Shown here: positions 9,843 to 20,034 of the stretch, one piece after another
Numbering within the stretch: position 1 is the stretch's first letter
Layout: the number at the start of each line of letters is the position of its first letter
NCBI GenBank assembly: GCA_029852775.1
Contig: LEKJ01000061.1
Location: forward strand, 1 to 40,000
Source of the DNA: Pasteurellaceae bacterium LFhippo2
Lineage (GTDB): Bacteria; Pseudomonadota; Gammaproteobacteria; Enterobacterales; Pasteurellaceae
DNA length: 40,000 nucleotides
Direction: 5' to 3'
Position numbers and translations under genes: made by a program
Notes under the pieces: model-generated
The model's input: the letters and a program-made list of their open reading frames with translations, nothing else
Databases searched by the model: none
What the model was told of the DNA's origin: nothing

Positions 9843-10481
9843 CTATCCTTTATGTTCCTGCACAAATGCCTGTGAAAGTGCTTTCTGTCCCTGTTCAAAG
9901 AGCGCAGAATCTAGCTCTACATTTTTCTCATCATAAGCAATGAGTTTCACCTGCATTTTTTCTTCCATATTTGCGGTTTTATCAAGGCTGTTTTGACGCT
10001 TACATTCAGGGCAAGTATGTAATACTTCTAACCTTTGATTAACCGCATTCGGATCATTTGATTGTAATTTCAGTAGCTCAATTGCATAATTTAATTCTTT
10101 ATAAGAAGTAAACGGCTTATGGCACTGCTGACAAGTGGTTGTTGAAAATGTGGTTTCTTGAAATAAATCCTGTTTGTTTTTCACGGAAAGCTCAAAATCT
10201 TGACTGAGACGAATCGCTTTTGTTGGGCAAACTTCTTCACAACGACCACAGAAAATACAACGACCAAGAAATAACGACCAAGTACGATCACCTTTTTCTG
10301 TGTCTGTGCGTAAAGTCAATGCGTTGGAAGGACAAGCCATTGTACAAGCCCCACAGACAATACACTGCTCTGAATTAAGTTCAGGTTTACCACGGAAATC
10401 AGGATCCACTTCATAAGGCTTGAAAGGATATTTAGTCGTTACATCGCCTTGTTTAAAGACTGTTTTTAATAACTTAAACAT
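9843..10481 (-). CDS. hyfH: Hydrogenase-4 2x[4Fe-4S] ferredoxin subunit (NuoI-like) HyfH/HycF
   Basis: CIVCGACTMACP and CIFCGRCEEVCP motifs. Start placed at the second ATG (10481, MFKLLKTVFK) because the AGGGA SD is better spaced from it. ATG 10487 is possible. Confidence 0.85.
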   Translation of the reverse strand: MFKLLKTVFKQGDVTTKYPFKPYEVDPDFRGKPELNSEQCIVCGACTMACPSNALTLRTDTEKGDRTWSLFLGRCIFCGRCEEVCPTKAIRLSQDFELSVKNKQDLFQETTFSTTTCQQCHKPFTSYKELNYAIELLKLQSNDPNAVNQRLEVLHTCPECKRQNSLDKTANMEEKMQVKLIAYDEKNVELDSALFEQGQKALSQAFVQEHKG

Positions 10482-10492
10482 AATCATATTCC

Positions 10493-12223
10493 CTATTTCA
10501 ACGGCGAATTTTTACGCTCAATACCGTAACGTTCAATTTCTTTGTATTCAACGGTTTTTGATTTACCTTTACGTACATCAACAACGGTTACACGGTCGGT
10601 ACAAGAATAGCAAGGGTCAAGACTACCGATAATTAATGGTGCGTCAGACACCGTATTACCACGTAGCATATATCGTAAGATTGGCCAGTTAGCATAAGTA
10701 GCAGCTCGGCAACGCCAACGGTAAAGTTTTTGGTTATTTCCTAGCATTGACCAGTGAATATCTTCTCCTCTTGGAGCTTCTGTAATTCCCAGTGCAAAAC
10801 GGCCAGGTGTGTAATTGAAACCTTCAACAAGCAGATCTCCATTTGGTAAATTATCTACCATATAATCAATAATGTTCATTGTTTCAAAAACTTCATTAAT
10901 CCTTACAGCTACGCGCCCATATACATCTCCAGTATCTGTCCAATGAGCACTAAATGGCACATCACCATAACCAGAGAAAGGATGGACTTTACGCACATCT
11001 CGGCTAAAGCCACTTGCTCTAATTAATGGGCCTACTGGACTATGATCTCTTGCAATTTGGTGATCTAAGATACCAATGTCTCTAGTTCGTTGGTCGATAT
11101 TTGGGGTATTAAGTAGAATATCCGTTAAGACTTTAACTTCCTCACGAATCTCACCAATTAACTTCATACACTGTTCGCGTTGATGTTTCAAAATATCGCG
11201 GCGTACACCACCAATAAGGTTGATACCATAAGTTTTACGCGCACCAGTAAGAACTTCAGCAAGAGTCATCGATTTTTCACGTACTCGGAAAAATTGCATA
11301 AAACCTGTATCAAATCCAGTAAAGTGACTCGATAAACCTAAATTTAGTAAATGGCTATGTAAGCGTTCTACTTCAAGTAAAATTGCACGAATCCACTCTG
11401 CTCGTTTTGGAATTTTAATTCCAAGGGCATTTTCGACTGAATTTGCGTATGCTACGCTGTGTGTGAAACCACAGATCCCACAGATACGGTCAGCTAAGAA
11501 GGTTACTTGGTCGTAGTCCATTCTTGTTTCTGCAAGTTTTTCCATACCGCGATGAACATAAAACAGACGATAGTCAGCGTCAATAATGTCCTCTCCGTCT
11601 ACAAATAGACGGAAGTGACCTGGTTCGTCAGAAGTGATGTGCAGTGGACCTAGGGGGACTACTCTCGCATCACCTTTATCATTGATAAATTCGTAAGTTT
11701 CGGTTGCTGTTGTTGGATCAGGACGTAAACGATAATCCATTGCGTCTTTGCGTAATGGGTGAAGATCGTCTGGCCAATCGTCAGGTAATACTAAACGACG
11801 TTGATCTGGCAAACCCACTGCTTTTAAGCCGAACATATCAAACATTTCACGCTCAGCCCAAACAGCAGCTTTTACTTTTGGAGTTACAGAAGGAAACTCT
11901 TGAGAAACTGGATCAACTAACGCTTTTACAATTACGAAAGATTTCACAATACCTTCCATTGAAAGTACGTAGTACACGGCAAAGTTGCCATTAATACTGC
12001 GTTCATCATTAGCAAAGGCAAGTGGTAAAAAACCTTCATGTTGGTAATAAAGATACTCCACTACGTCAGGCAACATATTGGTTTTTATCGTAATGGTTAC
12101 CTGATTTTCCGTGGACCACTCTTCATCAAGAATAGTCTCTGGAAACTTCTGATTAACGGCCTCAATGTAGTTTCGACCTAAAGCACGGCTCAAATCAACC
12201 GATGTATTTTTTGTGAATTCCAT
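10493..12223 (-). CDS. hyfG: Hydrogenase-4 [NiFe] large subunit (NuoC-NuoD fusion) HyfG/HycE
   Basis: N-terminal NuoC-like and C-terminal NuoD-like halves. Ni-binding RICGICGFTHS near the middle and C-terminal DPCYSCTDRV, followed by about 30 aa that are the expected HycI-cleaved extension. Start at ATG 12223 (MEFTKN) has a GGAGGA SD. Confidence 0.92.
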   Translation of the reverse strand: MEFTKNTSVDLSRALGRNYIEAVNQKFPETILDEEWSTENQVTITIKTNMLPDVVEYLYYQHEGFLPLAFANDERSINGNFAVYYVLSMEGIVKSFVIVKALVDPVSQEFPSVTPKVKAAVWAEREMFDMFGLKAVGLPDQRRLVLPDDWPDDLHPLRKDAMDYRLRPDPTTATETYEFINDKGDARVVPLGPLHITSDEPGHFRLFVDGEDIIDADYRLFYVHRGMEKLAETRMDYDQVTFLADRICGICGFTHSVAYANSVENALGIKIPKRAEWIRAILLEVERLHSHLLNLGLSSHFTGFDTGFMQFFRVREKSMTLAEVLTGARKTYGINLIGGVRRDILKHQREQCMKLIGEIREEVKVLTDILLNTPNIDQRTRDIGILDHQIARDHSPVGPLIRASGFSRDVRKVHPFSGYGDVPFSAHWTDTGDVYGRVAVRINEVFETMNIIDYMVDNLPNGDLLVEGFNYTPGRFALGITEAPRGEDIHWSMLGNNQKLYRWRCRAATYANWPILRYMLRGNTVSDAPLIIGSLDPCYSCTDRVTVVDVRKGKSKTVEYKEIERYGIERKNSPLK

Positions 12224-12240
12224 TTTTTCCTCCTGTCTGC

Positions 12241-13770
12241 CTATTGACCTACATTTTGCCAAGGCAATAACAACATATCGTGGAAAGACACATTATCTTG
12301 CCCTAAAATGATACCGACCGAATTTTGCAATAATTGCATAATAGGCTCTGAAATATATAAACCAATGCTTAATAACAAAATAAGGTAAATTGCGATCACA
12401 GCCACAGATGATTTACTGATTTCACCTGCTTCAATGCCTTCGGTTGGTTTGCCTAATACGGTTTTTAACAACATTGTCGTTAATCCAGCAAGGGCAATGG
12501 TTAAGAAAATTAAGCAAAGGATAGCAAGCCAAGGTTTATCTGCACTGATTGCAGCCACAATGATGGCAAACTCACTCACAAACATACCAAATGGCGGAAC
12601 GCCCCCTAGTGCTAGTGCACCACCTGCAAATAACACAGCGGTAAACGGCATTGTTTTCCACAAACCACGTACGTAAGTGATATCTCTACTGTGGTATTTC
12701 AATAAAATATTACCTGATACGCAGAACAATAATGCTTTGGCAAGACTGTGTGTAATTGTATGTAATAAACCTGCAAACATACCAATTGGTCCACCAAGCC
12801 CAAATGCGAAACTGATTAACCCCATATTTTCGATACTGTGGTAAGCCAATTTACGTTTAATATCGTGTTGCATAATGATAAAGAAAGAGGCAATTCCCGT
12901 TGATAATAATCCGAAGACCAATAGTAATACTTGGGGATAATCAAATCCAACAGCCTTGCTTGTCAGAATAAAGTAACGTACAACAATTAGCATTGCACAA
13001 TTTAAAAGCACTGCGGAGAGAATCGCACTGGCAGGACTAGGAGCCTCACTATGCGCATCTGGTAACCAAGTATGCATTGGGAATAAACCACATTTTGTAC
13101 CAAAGCCAATTACAATAAATGCAAATGCAAGATACATAAGATTATGATTGAGGTTTACTGCTTGTTCATTGATGACTGACCAGAAGATAGCTTGAGACGG
13201 ATCCGCTAATACAGTATTTGCACTTGAGAATGTTAATACTGTTCCATATAAACCAAACGCTACACCTACAGAACAGATAATGATATATTTCCAAGCAGCT
13301 TCTAGAGATGTACGTCTACCGTATAAACCAACTAAGAAAGCTGGTGCTAATGTTGTTGCTTCAATCGCTACCCACATAAAAATAATATTGTTAGTTGTAG
13401 CTGCCAACATCATTGATCCAAAGAATAAGTGGAGAAAACCATGGTAAAAGCTAAAACTTCTTAAATCTATGTGTCCTTCTTTTAACTCAGTTTCCATATA
13501 TCCGATGGAATAAACACCTGCTAAAGTACCAACGATACCGATTAAGCCAACAAAAATTGCTGATAGGCTATCGATATAGACCCAATTACTCCAAGCAATT
13601 ACAACATTTTCATCAAGAACTTGATTAATCACAACAAAAGTCGCAAATGCCATCAATCCTAAACCAGTAATATGCAACGATTTGCAAAGTTGGAGATTTT
13701 GAAGTCTTGCTGCAACAAAGCAACCGATACCAACCACAAAGGGCATTAATAACAAAATATTAATCCACAT
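12241..13770 (-). CDS. hyfF: Hydrogenase-4 antiporter-like membrane subunit HyfF (NuoN/M-like)
   Basis: 509-aa polytopic protein with Mrp/NuoLMN-family motifs (WLPDAHSEAPSPASA, KRKLAYHSIENMG). Its position after hyfE matches the E. coli hyf order. Confidence 0.85.
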   Translation of the reverse strand: MWINILLLMPFVVGIGCFVAARLQNLQLCKSLHITGLGLMAFATFVVINQVLDENVVIAWSNWVYIDSLSAIFVGLIGIVGTLAGVYSIGYMETELKEGHIDLRSFSFYHGFLHLFFGSMMLAATTNNIIFMWVAIEATTLAPAFLVGLYGRRTSLEAAWKYIIICSVGVAFGLYGTVLTFSSANTVLADPSQAIFWSVINEQAVNLNHNLMYLAFAFIVIGFGTKCGLFPMHTWLPDAHSEAPSPASAILSAVLLNCAMLIVVRYFILTSKAVGFDYPQVLLLVFGLLSTGIASFFIIMQHDIKRKLAYHSIENMGLISFAFGLGGPIGMFAGLLHTITHSLAKALLFCVSGNILLKYHSRDITYVRGLWKTMPFTAVLFAGGALALGGVPPFGMFVSEFAIIVAAISADKPWLAILCLIFLTIALAGLTTMLLKTVLGKPTEGIEAGEISKSSVAVIAIYLILLLSIGLYISEPIMQLLQNSVGIILGQDNVSFHDMLLLPWQNVGQ

Positions 13771-13773
13771 AAA

Positions 13774-14412
13774 TTACCCCCGTAATTCCATTAATTGTTT
13801 CGCATCTAGCGTATGTAGGGCTCGGTAAATTTTATTTACAAGTACGACCATAATAATCACCGCAAAAACAGCATCTGTTGCAATACCAATCTCCACAAGT
13901 TCTGGAGCTTTATTAGCAAGCAATGCTAGGGTTAGATGTGAACCATTTTCCATTAAGCAGTAACCAAAAACTTGTTTCACAATATTACGTTGCGTCACAA
14001 TACAGGTTAAACCTAATAAGAAGTGCCCTAATGACACTGATAATGCAGGTTTGAGATTATCTGCAATCGGCAATTCTACTGAATCAGTCGCTAAGAAACT
14101 CACTACCACAATAGCTGCTACAATCGGAATCAACCACACATTATTCATCGTAGATGGTACAGTGCTTTCATCTAATTTACGCGTTGCATAAATCAAAAGT
14201 GCAGGTACTAATACCACTTTGGTAATAAAAGCTGAAACTGACCACATATAGAGTTCATGAGCGTCTAATGCACTAGCTAAATAGAAGAATAGCGATACCA
14301 GCACCAAAGATTGTAACGCATACAAACCTGCTGCACTTTTTGCAGTTTTCACTGCGATTACCGCAAGAGATGTGAGAATCAACAAGCCCGCTAAAGTATT
14401 AATCATTAACAT
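13774..14412 (-). CDS. hyfE: Hydrogenase-4 membrane subunit HyfE (NuoK-like repeat)
   Basis: 212 aa, hydrophobic. GYCLMENGSHL and PELVEIGIATDA match remembered HyfE. Confidence 0.85.
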   Translation of the reverse strand: MLMINTLAGLLILTSLAVIAVKTAKSAAGLYALQSLVLVSLFFYLASALDAHELYMWSVSAFITKVVLVPALLIYATRKLDESTVPSTMNNVWLIPIVAAIVVVSFLATDSVELPIADNLKPALSVSLGHFLLGLTCIVTQRNIVKQVFGYCLMENGSHLTLALLANKAPELVEIGIATDAVFAVIIMVVLVNKIYRALHTLDAKQLMELRG

Positions 14413-14424
14413 AATTCGTTCTCC

Positions 14425-15882
14425 CTACGCTAACCATGGCGTTTCAAGCCAATAAGCCGCGATAAAACTTGAACAAACGGACATAATCATCAAGATCACT
14501 AACACAATATTCATTGAAAGTGTCAGTGGCTGTGCATTTTCCACATCTTCTGATGGTTTACCTACCACACATTGTCCGAATTTATAGAGCAACCAAACAA
14601 AAGTTGCTGTACTTTCAATTAATGCGATTACCATCAACCATGTGATCCAACTATGCTGTTGGCCAAGCTCAAAACCTGCTGCAAAAAGTGGGAACTTACT
14701 AAAGAAACCATTAAATGGTGGCACACCAGAAATTGCGAGAGCTGCAACCCCAAAACCGGCCCCCAATAGTGGCATTTTACGCATAATGCCTTGTAATCTT
14801 GGCATTGAACGCGTACCCGTTGCATAAGCAAGAGAACCTGCAACTAAGAAGAATAGACTTTTCGCGAAAGCGTGGTTGAAGATATAGGCAATGGCAGCGA
14901 TCAATGCAAGTTTAGAGCCCATTGCAAAGAGAGATAAACCAATGAAGATATAAGCGAGTTGAGTAATGGTGGAATAAGCAAGTAACCGTTTAAGATCGGT
15001 TTGTGGCAAGTACATAAGGAAGCCATAAACTAAGGTTATCATTGCCATAATAATACCAACTTCACCGACAATTTCTGGTACTTCACCTGCTGATATAACT
15101 GCTCGAGCAAAGATATATACCCCAACTTTTACCATAGATGCTGCGTGTAGATACGCACTCACAGGGGTTGGTGCTTCCATCGCATTTGGTAGCCAAATTT
15201 GCATTGGGAATTGAGCCGATTTACCCCAAGCGGCAAACATAACTCCAAATAACACAATCATTTTTGAAGTTGGATCGAGTTTTTCTAATGCGGTTAACTC
15301 AAACGTACCTGATTGGCTAAATAAATACGCCGCAGCAAGATATAAACCAATGGCACCAACATGGGTGATAATCAATGCTTTCATTGCAGATGCTTGCGCT
15401 TTTGGTGTTTGATAATAGCTAATCAAAGACCAAGAACACGCCCCTGTAATTTCAAAGAACAGTAACTGCCCCACTAAGGTTGAGGAATATACCAAGCCAG
15501 CCATTGCCCCAACGAAAATGAGTAAAAATGCGTAGAAGCGTGGAAGTGGTAAGTGGGAATGTTCTTTATTTTTGGTTGTTAAATATCCTTCAGAATAAAG
15601 AATTATTAAAAAGCCAAGAGCCACTACAACAAAACCGATTAGGGTACTTACGGCGTCAAAGGTAAAGCTGAAGATCGTCGTGTTGCCAAATTGAACTAAA
15701 CTAAAGTTAAGTTGTGCTTGTCCGGATTGTTGCCACAAAAATGCTACAGCAACGGTTCCTAATGTGGCAACAGCAGCAATAATTGTCGCAATTTTTGGAA
15801 ACATCTCTTCGTTTTTCACAAACCCTACGAGAAACGCCCCCACAAACGGCAATATAATTGTAAATAGAGCTAAATTATCCAT
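14425..15882 (-). CDS. hyfD: Hydrogenase-4 antiporter-like membrane subunit HyfD (NuoM/N-like)
   Basis: MDNLALFTIILPFVGA start. WLPNAMEAPTPVSAYLHAASMVKVGVY and GVPPFNGFFSKFPLFAAGF match HyfD. Confidence 0.85.
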   Translation of the reverse strand: MDNLALFTIILPFVGAFLVGFVKNEEMFPKIATIIAAVATLGTVAVAFLWQQSGQAQLNFSLVQFGNTTIFSFTFDAVSTLIGFVVVALGFLIILYSEGYLTTKNKEHSHLPLPRFYAFLLIFVGAMAGLVYSSTLVGQLLFFEITGACSWSLISYYQTPKAQASAMKALIITHVGAIGLYLAAAYLFSQSGTFELTALEKLDPTSKMIVLFGVMFAAWGKSAQFPMQIWLPNAMEAPTPVSAYLHAASMVKVGVYIFARAVISAGEVPEIVGEVGIIMAMITLVYGFLMYLPQTDLKRLLAYSTITQLAYIFIGLSLFAMGSKLALIAAIAYIFNHAFAKSLFFLVAGSLAYATGTRSMPRLQGIMRKMPLLGAGFGVAALAISGVPPFNGFFSKFPLFAAGFELGQQHSWITWLMVIALIESTATFVWLLYKFGQCVVGKPSEDVENAQPLTLSMNIVLVILMIMSVCSSFIAAYWLETPWLA

Positions 15883-15892
15883 TTTTTCCTCC

Positions 15893-16855
15893 TTACAATC
15901 CGATTAAGTAAAAGACAAAGGCAAGTACAGACACACCGAAACCAACACTTGTTAAACGTCCTGCCAACATAAATCGGACACGAGAGAGAGTATTTTCAAA
16001 TACACAAGCTGCCACAAATACAATGAACAATTTAATGAAGAATGTAATAATTCCCCAAAGAATTGAACCAAATGTTAGTTCAGCTGCAGCACCAAACGGT
16101 AATAACACACTGACAAATACTGATGCGACAACCATTGATTTCAAGCTTAATCCAACTTTAATAAGTGCAAATGCTGGACCTGAATACTCTGTTAATGGGC
16201 CTTCTTGTAACTCTTGCTCTGCTTCTGCCAAGTCGAACGGAATTTTTCCCATTTCCACGAAAATAGCAAACATTGCGGCTACCATCGCAACGAGAGTTGC
16301 TACAGGGTAATTCCAAGATTGTGTTGCTAATGCACTTGAGATCATACCGAAGTTGGTTGAACCAGCAGCTAATGCGATAACAAGCAGAGAAAGCATTAAA
16401 ACAGGTTCCACTAATACCCCTAGAGTCACCTCACGGCTTGCCCCCAAACCTGAAAAAGAGCTGTTACTGTCAAGGCCTGCAATAGAGAAGAAGAAACGGA
16501 ATAAGGCGAAAAGATAAATTGCGGTAATCAAATCACCACCTGCACCGAATGGAGATGCCAAGGTGAACATTGGTAAGCTCATTGCCACAACAAGAACGGT
16601 GCTAATCAACACATAAGGCATCACTTTTGAGACAAAGCTCGCATTGTCAGGCAGAATGTTTTGGCGTTTCATTAATTTCGCAATATCGCGATAATCTTGT
16701 AAAACACCAGGTCCTCGACGAGATTGCACTCTCGCACGAATCATTCTTGAAATACCCGAAAATAAAGGAGCAAGAGCAAGCAGAATTAACGCCTGAATAA
16801 TCCCTAGTAAAAACATACCTGCTGATGTTGCAATTTCTGAAGGTAAATTAATCAT
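15893..16855 (-). CDS. hyfC: Hydrogenase-4 membrane subunit HyfC/HycD (NuoH-like)
   Basis: 320 aa. RMIRARVQSRRGPGVLQDYRDI and PFDLAEAEQELQEGPLTEYSG are NuoH/HycD signatures. Confidence 0.9.
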   Translation of the reverse strand: MINLPSEIATSAGMFLLGIIQALILLALAPLFSGISRMIRARVQSRRGPGVLQDYRDIAKLMKRQNILPDNASFVSKVMPYVLISTVLVVAMSLPMFTLASPFGAGGDLITAIYLFALFRFFFSIAGLDSNSSFSGLGASREVTLGVLVEPVLMLSLLVIALAAGSTNFGMISSALATQSWNYPVATLVAMVAAMFAIFVEMGKIPFDLAEAEQELQEGPLTEYSGPAFALIKVGLSLKSMVVASVFVSVLLPFGAAAELTFGSILWGIITFFIKLFIVFVAACVFENTLSRVRFMLAGRLTSVGFGVSVLAFVFYLIGL

Positions 16856-16864
16856 AACAGCCTC

Positions 16865-18883
16865 CTACATTGAACCAGCAACCGCTAATAACACAACAAG
16901 GGCAATCGCGAAATAAACGCAATACACTCGGAAATCACCACCTTGTAACCAGCTTAATTTCTCTGAAATCCAAGGGATAAAACGTGCTATTGGCATTGTT
17001 ACTTTATCTTCCCAAATCGGTTCGACTTCAGTTGCACCTTTAATTGTTTTATCAATCGCTTTATAGCTTAATGGTGCAGGGTCAAATGTTTTGCGGATGG
17101 TATAAAGTGGTTTGAACATAATACGAAGCGGTTTGGTAAAACTACCTGCGCTTGTAGCCATTTCAGGTTCATAAGCGTAACCACACGCCCATGGATTGCC
17201 TTTTGAATTTGCTTCGAGACGATTCGATTTCGTCATCACATAATAGCCAAATGGTACAGCGAAGAAGGCAATTAGCATAATTGCTACCATTGATGTAGAA
17301 AGCGCGGTATTTGGTTCTGAGTTTGCAACCACTACCCCGTTTTGTGCTAATTCAAAGCCTGCTAAACCAGAAAGAGACGTTGATACATTTGCAATAATTG
17401 GTGTGATAACTGTTGCGCCAATACCTAATAAAACACAACACACAGCAAGAATTGCCATTGCAGCGACCATTGGTTTTGGCACTTCTCTTGCATTGGCTGC
17501 TTTTTCACTACGTGGTGCACCGCCAAAACTAATACCATATACTTTCACAAAACAGAGTGCAGCTAACGCACCAGTTAAAGCAAGCATAATGATTGCAACG
17601 GCACCTAAAATTTTTAACGCAATGCCACCATCTTGAGTTAGGCTAAAGAGAGATTGATAGGTAAACCATTCACTCACAAATCCATTGAAAGGAGGAAGTG
17701 CAGAAATTGCCATGGTACCGATCAAGAAACACAAAGCGGTATATGGCATTAATTTACCAAGTCCCCCCATATGATCCATATCTTTGGTGTGTAAACGATA
17801 CATTACAGAACCAGCACCTAAGAATAACAATCCTTTGAACACGGCATGGTTAAGTAAGTGATATAAGCCACCAAGTAAACCAACAATAGCAAGCACTGGA
17901 TTTTTAATAGCAATACCAATCATGCCGCAGCCCACGCCCATCATAATAATGCCGATATTTTCAACGGTGTGGTAGGCTAACAAACGTTTAATGTCATGCT
18001 CTGCTAACGCATAAAGTACGCCAAGCACAGAAGATACTGCACCAAATCCAAGCACAACAACACCAAACCAAATACTATTTGCGCCTAAAAGATCGATCCC
18101 AACTTTAATGATCCCGAAAATACCAATTTTAACCATTACACCAGACATCAATGCAGAAGCATGAGACGGTGCCGCAGGGTGAGCTTTCGGAAGCCAGCCA
18201 TGTAATGGAATCATCCCTGCTTTAGCACCAAAGCCAAGGAATGCAAGAATAAATACAACAAAACTTAACGCTGGAGATAACTCTGTTTGGCGGTAGGCTG
18301 AAAATTCAAAGCTACCTGCGTAGCAGTAGAAAATGAAGAAAGAGATCATAATGAGCACAGAACCTGCGTGGGCAATAAAGAAATAAAGTAGCCCAGCGTT
18401 CGTTGCTTCATCATCTTGTTCGGTTAACACTAAGAAATAGGACGCCAAAGACATCATTTCAAAGAAAACCAGAAAATAAAATGCACTGTCAGTTGTTGCT
18501 AGAGCAACCATAGAGCCTATGAATAGATTCATAAAAAAGCCCATAGAGCCAGCACCTTTGCCTTTATACTCTTTAACATAGGCAAAGGAATAAATTGCAG
18601 TAACAACTACTAAGAGAGAAATTACGCAGACCATAAACGCGGCTAGTCCATCAATTCGCATAGAATATGGTGCAAATGAAAATGGGGTCTGAAATAATGC
18701 AGTCGCGGTTTCGTTGCTGATAAGGACAGGGGCGGCAGCTATAATGCCTAATGCTCCACCAAGGATACTGGTCACGCCAGATATATTGATTGAAAGCTGT
18801 TCATTCTTACTAATACAAAGCGAAAGAAATGCGCCGATGACATAAATCAACAAGGTCATAATGAGTAAGGGTATCGCACTCAT
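16865..18883 (-). CDS. hyfB: Hydrogenase-4 antiporter-like membrane subunit HyfB (NuoL-like)
   Basis: Start chosen at ATG 18883 (MSAIPLL) with GGAG 7 nt upstream, giving 672 aa (my recollection of the E. coli HyfB length). The track start at 18907 is a TTG. WLPKAHPAAPSHASALMSGVMVK and KRLLAYHTVENIG motifs are present. Confidence 0.88.
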   Translation of the reverse strand: MSAIPLLIMTLLIYVIGAFLSLCISKNEQLSINISGVTSILGGALGIIAAAPVLISNETATALFQTPFSFAPYSMRIDGLAAFMVCVISLLVVVTAIYSFAYVKEYKGKGAGSMGFFMNLFIGSMVALATTDSAFYFLVFFEMMSLASYFLVLTEQDDEATNAGLLYFFIAHAGSVLIMISFFIFYCYAGSFEFSAYRQTELSPALSFVVFILAFLGFGAKAGMIPLHGWLPKAHPAAPSHASALMSGVMVKIGIFGIIKVGIDLLGANSIWFGVVVLGFGAVSSVLGVLYALAEHDIKRLLAYHTVENIGIIMMGVGCGMIGIAIKNPVLAIVGLLGGLYHLLNHAVFKGLLFLGAGSVMYRLHTKDMDHMGGLGKLMPYTALCFLIGTMAISALPPFNGFVSEWFTYQSLFSLTQDGGIALKILGAVAIIMLALTGALAALCFVKVYGISFGGAPRSEKAANAREVPKPMVAAMAILAVCCVLLGIGATVITPIIANVSTSLSGLAGFELAQNGVVVANSEPNTALSTSMVAIMLIAFFAVPFGYYVMTKSNRLEANSKGNPWACGYAYEPEMATSAGSFTKPLRIMFKPLYTIRKTFDPAPLSYKAIDKTIKGATEVEPIWEDKVTMPIARFIPWISEKLSWLQGGDFRVYCVYFAIALVVLLAVAGSM

Positions 18884-18914
18884 AATGTACTCCATTTGAT
18901 TATTCAATTAAATT

Positions 18915-19514
18915 TTAGCGTGGAATTGCAGGAGAATTCATCATTGCCATCTCACGTTTTCGTTTATTTGCTTGTTCGATACTTTCATCACTAATGATAA
19001 ATAAGGTTTTCGTTGGACACGTTTGCACACAAGCAGGACCTTCAGGACGGAAGTAACATAAATCACATTTAATTGCTATTGCTTTGACACCTGGTTGCCA
19101 AGCTAGCATATCATTGAGATTACTATTATCAGGAGACACACGAACATCTCGACTTACAGCGTCGGTAAATGTGAAATGCTCATAATAAGTTGGAGAATCA
19201 ATAGGCCCACTACCATGTTGAGAGATTGCTCCGAATGGGCAAGCAATGCCACATAATTTGCAACCAATGCATAGGCTTTCATTAAGTTGAATAGTGTCAT
19301 CTTTATGCGTGATCGCATTGACTGGGCAAACAGTCGCACAAGGCGAATCATCACAGTGACGACAAAGAATCGGTACAGTAACATCGTCGTTACGCATTAC
19401 TTGTAACCGAGGAAAAGATTGTAATCCAAAGGCTTTATGTGTTTCACTACAAGCTGCCATACAAGTATTGCAGCCAATACAGTCTTTGGGATCACCTATA
19501 ACAAATCGGTTCAT
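18915..19514 (-). CDS. hyfA: Hydrogenase-4 multi-[4Fe-4S] ferredoxin subunit HyfA/HycB
   Basis: MNRFVIGDPKDCIGCNTCMAAC start, plus three further CxxCxxCxxxCP-type clusters (CRHCDDSPC...CP, CIGCKLCGIACP, CDLC...CVQTCP). Confidence 0.9.
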   Translation of the reverse strand: MNRFVIGDPKDCIGCNTCMAACSETHKAFGLQSFPRLQVMRNDDVTVPILCRHCDDSPCATVCPVNAITHKDDTIQLNESLCIGCKLCGIACPFGAISQHGSGPIDSPTYYEHFTFTDAVSRDVRVSPDNSNLNDMLAWQPGVKAIAIKCDLCYFRPEGPACVQTCPTKTLFIISDESIEQANKRKREMAMMNSPAIPR

Positions 19515-19626
19515 AACTAACCCCCACTAGAAATACTACTAATATAAGACATGAAAGAGATATCCTTTCGGGACGTAAGAATACTGCTAAATAAATGAAA
19601 CTTTAAAGACGTAAATTTGAACTTTT

Positions 19627-19640
19627 TTGATTGAGATCAG
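19627..19640. promoter_or_regulatory. FNR-like box centred in the hyfA/hypC divergent region
   Basis: TTGAT-TGAG-ATCAG matches 9/10 of TTGAT-N4-ATCAA, about 120 bp from both the hyfA ATG (19514) and the hypC ATG (19752). A TAAAGT -10-like hexamer (minus strand, 19600-19605) would place the box near -40.5 for hyfA. Confidence 0.5.
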
Positions 19641-19751
19641 CAAAAAATTTCTTTTTAGATTAATTTATTTAAAATTGGACTATTATCGGTGCCTGTAATT
19701 CCTTTGTAAAATCACATAGTTAAGAATAATTTTCATTTACAGGAGGTGGAT

Positions 19752-20021
19752 ATGTGTCTCGGTGTCCCTGGACAAATTGTCCAAATAAAAGATACAGCGA
19801 CAGCAATTGTTGATGTGTGTGGTGTGCAACGTGAAGTAAATATTTCACTTGTTCACGAAAATAACCCAGATAGCTTATTGCAAAAGTGGGTGTTGGTACA
19901 TGTTGGTTTTGCAATGAGTATTGTTGACGAAGCAGAAGCATTAGAAACAAAAGAAGCATTGATCGCTATGAGCCAGCTAGAACATGAAGTAGGAGATTTC
20001 TTGGGCTTAAATCAAAAATAA
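19752..20021 (+). CDS. hypC: Hydrogenase maturation chaperone HypC/HybG family
   Basis: Translation from ATG 19752 begins MCLGVPGQIV. The essential Cys2 requires this start, so the track's upstream GTG is rejected. AGGAGG SD at 19741-19746. 89 aa. Confidence 0.92.
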   Translation: MCLGVPGQIVQIKDTATAIVDVCGVQREVNISLVHENNPDSLLQKWVLVHVGFAMSIVDEAEALETKEALIAMSQLEHEVGDFLGLNQK

Positions 20022-20034
20022 GCTTAATATAAGG

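Noticed and set aside
9843-10130. Extra CxxC...CxxC pairs in the C-terminal third of HyfH, as a possible novel zinc-ribbon fusion.
   Set aside because: The same CxxC(N)...CPECKRQ arrangement is present in my recollection of E. coli HycF, so it is a conserved family feature.
19515-19745. A sigma-54 (-24/-12) promoter and FhlA-type UAS upstream of hyfA, as in E. coli hyc/hyf. The same was checked upstream of fdhF (7992-8132).
   Set aside because: The only GGCAC-like string (minus strand around 19689-19693) is followed by ATAGT instead of TTGCA at the -12 position, and it lacks the leading T. Nothing similar exists upstream of fdhF. No fhlA/hyfR gene is in the window.
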